This document shows positions 16,979 through 20,000 of a stretch of 20,000 nucleotides of DNA, in pieces. The position numbers and the translations under genes were made by a program. Origin of the DNA: an uncultured virus (IMG/VR IMGVR_UViG_3300031240_000226). Lineage: Duplodnaviria; Heunggongvirae; Uroviricota; Caudoviricetes. Every line of letters starts with the position of its first letter. Within the stretch, counting starts at the first letter, position 1. The notes beneath the pieces are model-generated. The model searched no databases. It saw only the letters and a list, made by a program, of their open reading frames with translations, and was not told where the DNA came from. The DNA lies in the IMG/VR virus record IMGVR_UViG_3300031240_000226; one strand, given 5' to 3'.

Positions 16979-17136
16979 AATGATCCAATAGTAGGGTTGC
17001 CTGCTGCTTTCATTTCCTCCTCCCACTTTTTCGCCGCAATCGTACTTGCTGCATCATTCAACGCCATACATCTTTTAACCATTGCTTCTTTATTCCATTT
17101 AGGTTCAGGAATTAGGAAATTATGAAAACGAATCAT
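16975..17136 (-). CDS. Hypothetical protein missed by the ORF track (53 aa; 68 aa if a 5' frameshift is repaired)
   Basis: MIRFHNFLIPEPKWNKEAMVKRCMALNDAASTIAAKKWEEEMKAAGNPTIGSL fills the gap and ends in an ATGA overlap. Confidence 0.6.
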   Translation of the reverse strand: MIRFHNFLIPEPKWNKEAMVKRCMALNDAASTIAAKKWEEEMKAAGNPTIGSL

Positions 17137-17181
17137 TTCTTGTATCGCTTCAATCTGTTCTTTGTAGGTTTGGTCTGCATG

Positions 17182-17475
17182 TTATTGGAGTTTAAGTTCT
17201 TCGCCCGTGAGAGCGAAGTATAGGTTTTGGAGTTGATGGATGAATTTGAATTCTGCAATCTCAGGATACCATTCATTTCCTGCATTATAATGCAAGGAAT
17301 TATCTTTAGGAGAATCAGCAAGATAAATTCTAAATTCTTTTCCTCCATCACAAAAGAACCACATATCGTCCTCGGTAATAGGTGATTCGTTTGGTTCGCA
17401 AAATCCTGTGTCGCTCTCAGTGTCCTTGACATTGTGGCGAATGATGTTGCCAATTCTTAAATCTTGAACGCGCAT
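17182..17475 (-). CDS. Hypothetical Bacteroidota-phage protein (LRIGN...HQLQNLYFALTGEEL family)
   Basis: N-terminal DLRIGNII and C-terminal FIHQLQNLYFALTGEEL motifs. Confidence 0.8.
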   Translation of the reverse strand: MRVQDLRIGNIIRHNVKDTESDTGFCEPNESPITEDDMWFFCDGGKEFRIYLADSPKDNSLHYNAGNEWYPEIAEFKFIHQLQNLYFALTGEELKLQ

Positions 17476-17477
17476 GG

Positions 17478-17801
17478 TTAATTCATTTTATCGTATTCCT
17501 TAATCCTTGCTAACAAATCCATTATTCGATTGTGATAGTGCTTCTTCTCTTCCGCAATCTTCTCCTCGCTATCAAATACCATCTCCATCATTCTGATCTT
17601 AACTCGACCCTCGATGTGCAAAAGCCAAATCTGATAGCGATACAAATGGCTCAGGCTTTTTGAGTTCTTGTATCTCATGCCTTCTTCCCCAAATTCATGT
17701 ATTGCTTCTTCCATCCAAGTCTGTTCAGGATCGCTGGTGAAGTCTGCGTTGAGACGCTCACCTAAGTGGGCTTGAATTGCATTGTGGGTGATTAGATTCA
17801 T
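17478..17801 (-). CDS. Hypothetical protein (107 aa)
   Basis: ATGA overlap upstream and a 2-nt gap downstream. Confidence 0.7.
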   Translation of the reverse strand: MNLITHNAIQAHLGERLNADFTSDPEQTWMEEAIHEFGEEGMRYKNSKSLSHLYRYQIWLLHIEGRVKIRMMEMVFDSEEKIAEEKKHYHNRIMDLLARIKEYDKMN

Positions 17802-17980
17802 AACACCACCTCCTGCCTTTCCTTGACCTCCTCGAAATAATTAATCCTACCCTGAATGTAATCATGCCACTTAACATCTTCAACATGCTCTCTTATCGCA
17901 TGCTTCAAGACCCAGTACTCATGACGTAGTATCCGATCACATGCACGAATTCGCTTTTGGGTGTAGGTTAGTTTAACCAT
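17798..17980 (-). CDS. Hypothetical protein (60 aa)
   Basis: Start reassigned to ATG at 17980 (MVKLTYTQKRIRAC), which overlaps the upstream frame's stop by 8 nt. Confidence 0.65.
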   Translation of the reverse strand: MVKLTYTQKRIRACDRILRHEYWVLKHAIREHVEDVKWHDYIQGRINYFEEVKERQEVVL

Positions 17981-18194
17981 TATCAGGATGGGAAGCCCAT
18001 TCATTAAGTAATTTTAGAAACTCATATTTTCCAATGACCACTTCGCGTTATTCTATTTCAGAAGTCTCAACACGAATTTCATTATCAGATTGATTCTTCT
18101 TTAATGAAGTTTGGGCATCTTTTCGATTTGAATAATATTCAAATCCTAAAGACATACCAGAAGCATCATTTAAACTTACTCTGTAAATCTTCAT
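17973..18194 (-). pseudogene. Hypothetical 73-codon gene interrupted by an in-frame TAA at 18048-18050
   Basis: MKIYRVSLNDASGMSLGFEYYSNRKDAQTSLKKNQSDNEIRVETSEIE*REVVIGKYEFLKLLNEWASHPDNG; the second stop overlaps the next ATG. Confidence 0.6.
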
Positions 18195-18198
18195 AAAT

Positions 18199-18357
18199 TC
18201 ATTTTGTTTCCGTTACTTCAATCTCATCTTTCTTGCCAGACCCTTTCATTTCAAAGCACCTACACTCGCCCCTCAACTTCCAGAAGTCCTTAAAATTAGT
18301 TTGCTCGTCTTTAGTGGCAAACTCCCAGCGCCGATGATGCCAAGTTATAATAAACAT
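18199..18357 (-). CDS. Hypothetical protein (52 aa) missed by the ORF track
   Basis: MFIITWHHRRWEFATKDEQTNFKDFWKLRGECRCFEMKGSGKKDEIEVTETK fills the gap between neighbours with 4-nt spacers. Confidence 0.6.
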   Translation of the reverse strand: MFIITWHHRRWEFATKDEQTNFKDFWKLRGECRCFEMKGSGKKDEIEVTETK

Positions 18358-18361
18358 CGTT

Positions 18362-18925
18362 TCAATATTTAAAGTCCGACCAGTGAATCACTTTGCCTTT
18401 AAAATCTTTTGAGAACCACATCAAGAAATCTTCCTCTGAATTAAATCCATCATTGCGCGCAAGTATCTGTAAGCGTTCATAATTGATATTATTTCCGTCA
18501 ATCAAAATCTCCACTTGTCTAGTAGTTGTGAATGAATCCATTTCTGAAATTTGCTTTCCTGTTAATATCTCTAGTGGCTTAGTGTGAATACTAATCCATC
18601 TTATAGAAATAGTTTGCACACTCACACATCTCTCCAACTCCGGAATATCTTTATTGAAATGGCTCTCTATCGAATACTTTGGCCCGCGATACACCATCTG
18701 AATACTGCGGCCTGCCTTCCAGCGATTGTGTGGGTCTTCGCGGATGGTGTGGATTTTGGGTTTGATGTCTCCAATCTGTTTGATCATTTTAAGAACGTAT
18801 TCCTTTGGCTTTACAACTCTAAATATCCCTTCCTCTTCCACCACGGCATAGCCAGCACCTAAAAGTATCTTCTCTCTGAACCAAGTAGGCTCTCCAAATA
18901 TCTGCTTCTTAAATCCAAGTATCAT
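18362..18925 (-). CDS. ASCH/PUA-like domain protein
   Basis: Likely start is ATG at 18925 (MILGFKKQ, 187 aa). F.EKI..G...KIHTIR...RWKAG and LARNDGF.S.EDF..WF motifs are typical of ASCH-like phage proteins. Confidence 0.7.
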   Translation of the reverse strand: MILGFKKQIFGEPTWFREKILLGAGYAVVEEEGIFRVVKPKEYVLKMIKQIGDIKPKIHTIREDPHNRWKAGRSIQMVYRGPKYSIESHFNKDIPELERCVSVQTISIRWISIHTKPLEILTGKQISEMDSFTTTRQVEILIDGNNINYERLQILARNDGFNSEEDFLMWFSKDFKGKVIHWSDFKY

Positions 18926-18927
18926 AA

Positions 18928-19251
18928 TCAGTTTGCAGTTAATATCCTCACCAATTGTCTTCTGACTTCCTCCTCCACTCTCGAAGCGTTGATCGGCCAC
19001 TTAAAACTCGCCAACTTCTTCTTAGCGCCGGCCACCGTATATTCTTCCGTGTGCAATAGATACTTAATCACACTCAACTTAGAAATGTCCGCCAGGGTAA
19101 ATCTTCTATGGTTGTTGTCTGATCGGTGCGCATGAAGTTCGAACTCATCGCACCAAAATCTTATACATGACTCTGGAAGTTCTAACTCCTCCGCGATCTT
19201 ACCGATAGCCCAATACTGTTTTTGGATCTCGCCTTCTTGGGTTATGTTCAT
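18928..19251 (-). CDS. MerR-family HTH transcriptional regulator
   Basis: YWAIGKIAEELELPESCIRFWCDEF...RSDNNHRRFTLADI..L..IKYLLHTEEYTVAGAKKKL matches the short Bacteroidota-type MerR pattern. Confidence 0.88.
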   Translation of the reverse strand: MNITQEGEIQKQYWAIGKIAEELELPESCIRFWCDEFELHAHRSDNNHRRFTLADISKLSVIKYLLHTEEYTVAGAKKKLASFKWPINASRVEEEVRRQLVRILTAN

Positions 19252-20000
19252 TACCAGGTAATTAATTGTTTCACTTTCTCAATCCCATAAGCCTTCGTCT
19301 TCTCAAGTATCGGCAAAAGTTCTGCTGCTGTTATTGGCTTTTTTTCTATAGTCTCACCATCGACAATTGAATACGCAATCTTATTAGCCTCCATCCAAGA
19401 ACGGCAACCAAGATCACAAGCACCAGTTAATAGACGATAATATTTTACCGTGAATTTAGTATCCTTATTGATCGGTTCGTTTTTTAGTTTCTCAGCAACG
19501 ATTTTAAACTGTAAATCCCCAACTGCTTTTTTGATTGTTTCTCCATGGGCAAAGAATTTATCTTTACTAGCGACAAAGCATTTTTGCTTATTAATTTTCT
19601 TCTCAGAGAGACTTATAAAATTGTATCCCGAGTATATTTTAATTCCTTTTGAGGATTTAGTTTGCTCAATTATAAAAGGATATCCATCAACACATTTGTG
19701 CGTGAATTTGGTCTTACCGATTTTAATAGCAACGAGCTTGTCGTTGGAGCTAAAGCAATCCGAGCCGGCGGTAGTCAGCGCGGGTAGGCTCACTTCGGTG
19801 AGCGCGGCGTTGTAGCTAAAGCAATACGAGCCGGCGGTAGTCAGCGCGGGTAGGCTCACTTCGGTGAGCGCGGCGTTGGAGCTAAAGCAATCCGAGCCGG
19901 CGGTAGTCAGCGCGGGTAGGCTCACTTCGGTGAGCGCGGCGTTGTAGCTAAAGCAATACGAGCCGGCGGTAGTCAGCGCGGGTAGGCTCACTTCGGTGAG
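19251..20000 (-). CDS. LRR (TpLRR/BspA-like 22-aa repeat) protein with a conserved phage C-terminal domain; start lies outside the window
   Basis: Repeats LTEVSLPALTTAGS(D/Y)CFS(S/Y)NAA, then AHGETIKKAVGDLQFK...YRLLTGACDLGCRSW. The frame is open to the window edge. TAATG overlap with the MerR gene. Confidence 0.8.
   Translation of the reverse strand, partial: LTEVSLPALTTAGSYCFSYNAALTEVSLPALTTAGSDCFSSNAALTEVSLPALTTAGSYCFSYNAALTEVSLPALTTAGSDCFSSNDKLVAIKIGKTKFTHKCVDGYPFIIEQTKSSKGIKIYSGYNFISLSEKKINKQKCFVASKDKFFAHGETIKKAVGDLQFKIVAEKLKNEPINKDTKFTVKYYRLLTGACDLGCRSWMEANKIAYSIVDGETIEKKPITAAELLPILEKTKAYGIEKVKQLITW
19742..20000. repeat. 66-bp tandem repeat, at least 3.9 copies, A/B alternating (132-bp higher-order unit)
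   Basis: Units start at 19742, 19808, 19874 and 19940 and are identical except at two positions (ttgGagc/ttgTagc and caatCcga/caatAcga). Confidence 0.97.

Noticed and set aside
17133..17453. Alternative-frame minus ORFs (17133-17453, 6976-7326, 2449-2742, 9329-9517, 11177-11422)
   Set aside because: They are nested in better-supported genes and lack protein-like features.
379..19815. Plus-strand ORFs in the track (e.g. 8974-9549, 11069-11368, 19450-19815)
   Set aside because: They are antisense shadows of biased minus-strand genes, with no motifs or independent signals.
19742..20000. CRISPR array (palindromic repeats at ~66-bp period)
   Set aside because: The intervening sequences are near-identical rather than unique spacers, and the array encodes an in-frame LRR.
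393..20000. Stop-codon reassignment as in some crAss-like phages
   Set aside because: All large genes are intact in the standard code, and TAA/TGA stops coincide with TAATG/ATGA overlaps. The TGEEL-type protein ends where expected.

Overview
The window is a minus-strand, tail-to-head slice of a Bacteroidota-infecting, crAss-like (sensu lato) tailed phage genome, read in the standard genetic code. In transcription order (20000 to 1): a gene truncated by the window edge whose N-terminus is a near-perfect, GC-rich 66-bp tandem array encoding 22-aa leucine-rich repeats; a MerR-type regulator; an ASCH-like protein; a run of small overlapping hypothetical genes; an HNH nuclease; then the packaging/head block (large terminase, NUMOD4-HNH-AP2 homing endonuclease, 817-aa portal, acidic scaffold-like protein, 485-aa major capsid protein, gene-75-like protein); and three virion/fibre genes with internal repeats, a small fibre-associated protein, and the first codons of a probable GIY-YIG endonuclease. 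Intrinsic terminators followed closely by Bacteroidota-type TAnnTTT(G/A) boxes divide the late region. No RNA gene, CRISPR array, integrase or reverse transcriptase is visible. The most unusual signals are the A/B-alternating LRR array with only non-synonymous changes and a hairpin in every unit, a candidate ~200-nt transcript between the portal and scaffold genes, micro-ORFs bridging gene junctions, and three single-base lesions in the small-gene cluster. All family assignments come from motif recognition, not database searches.
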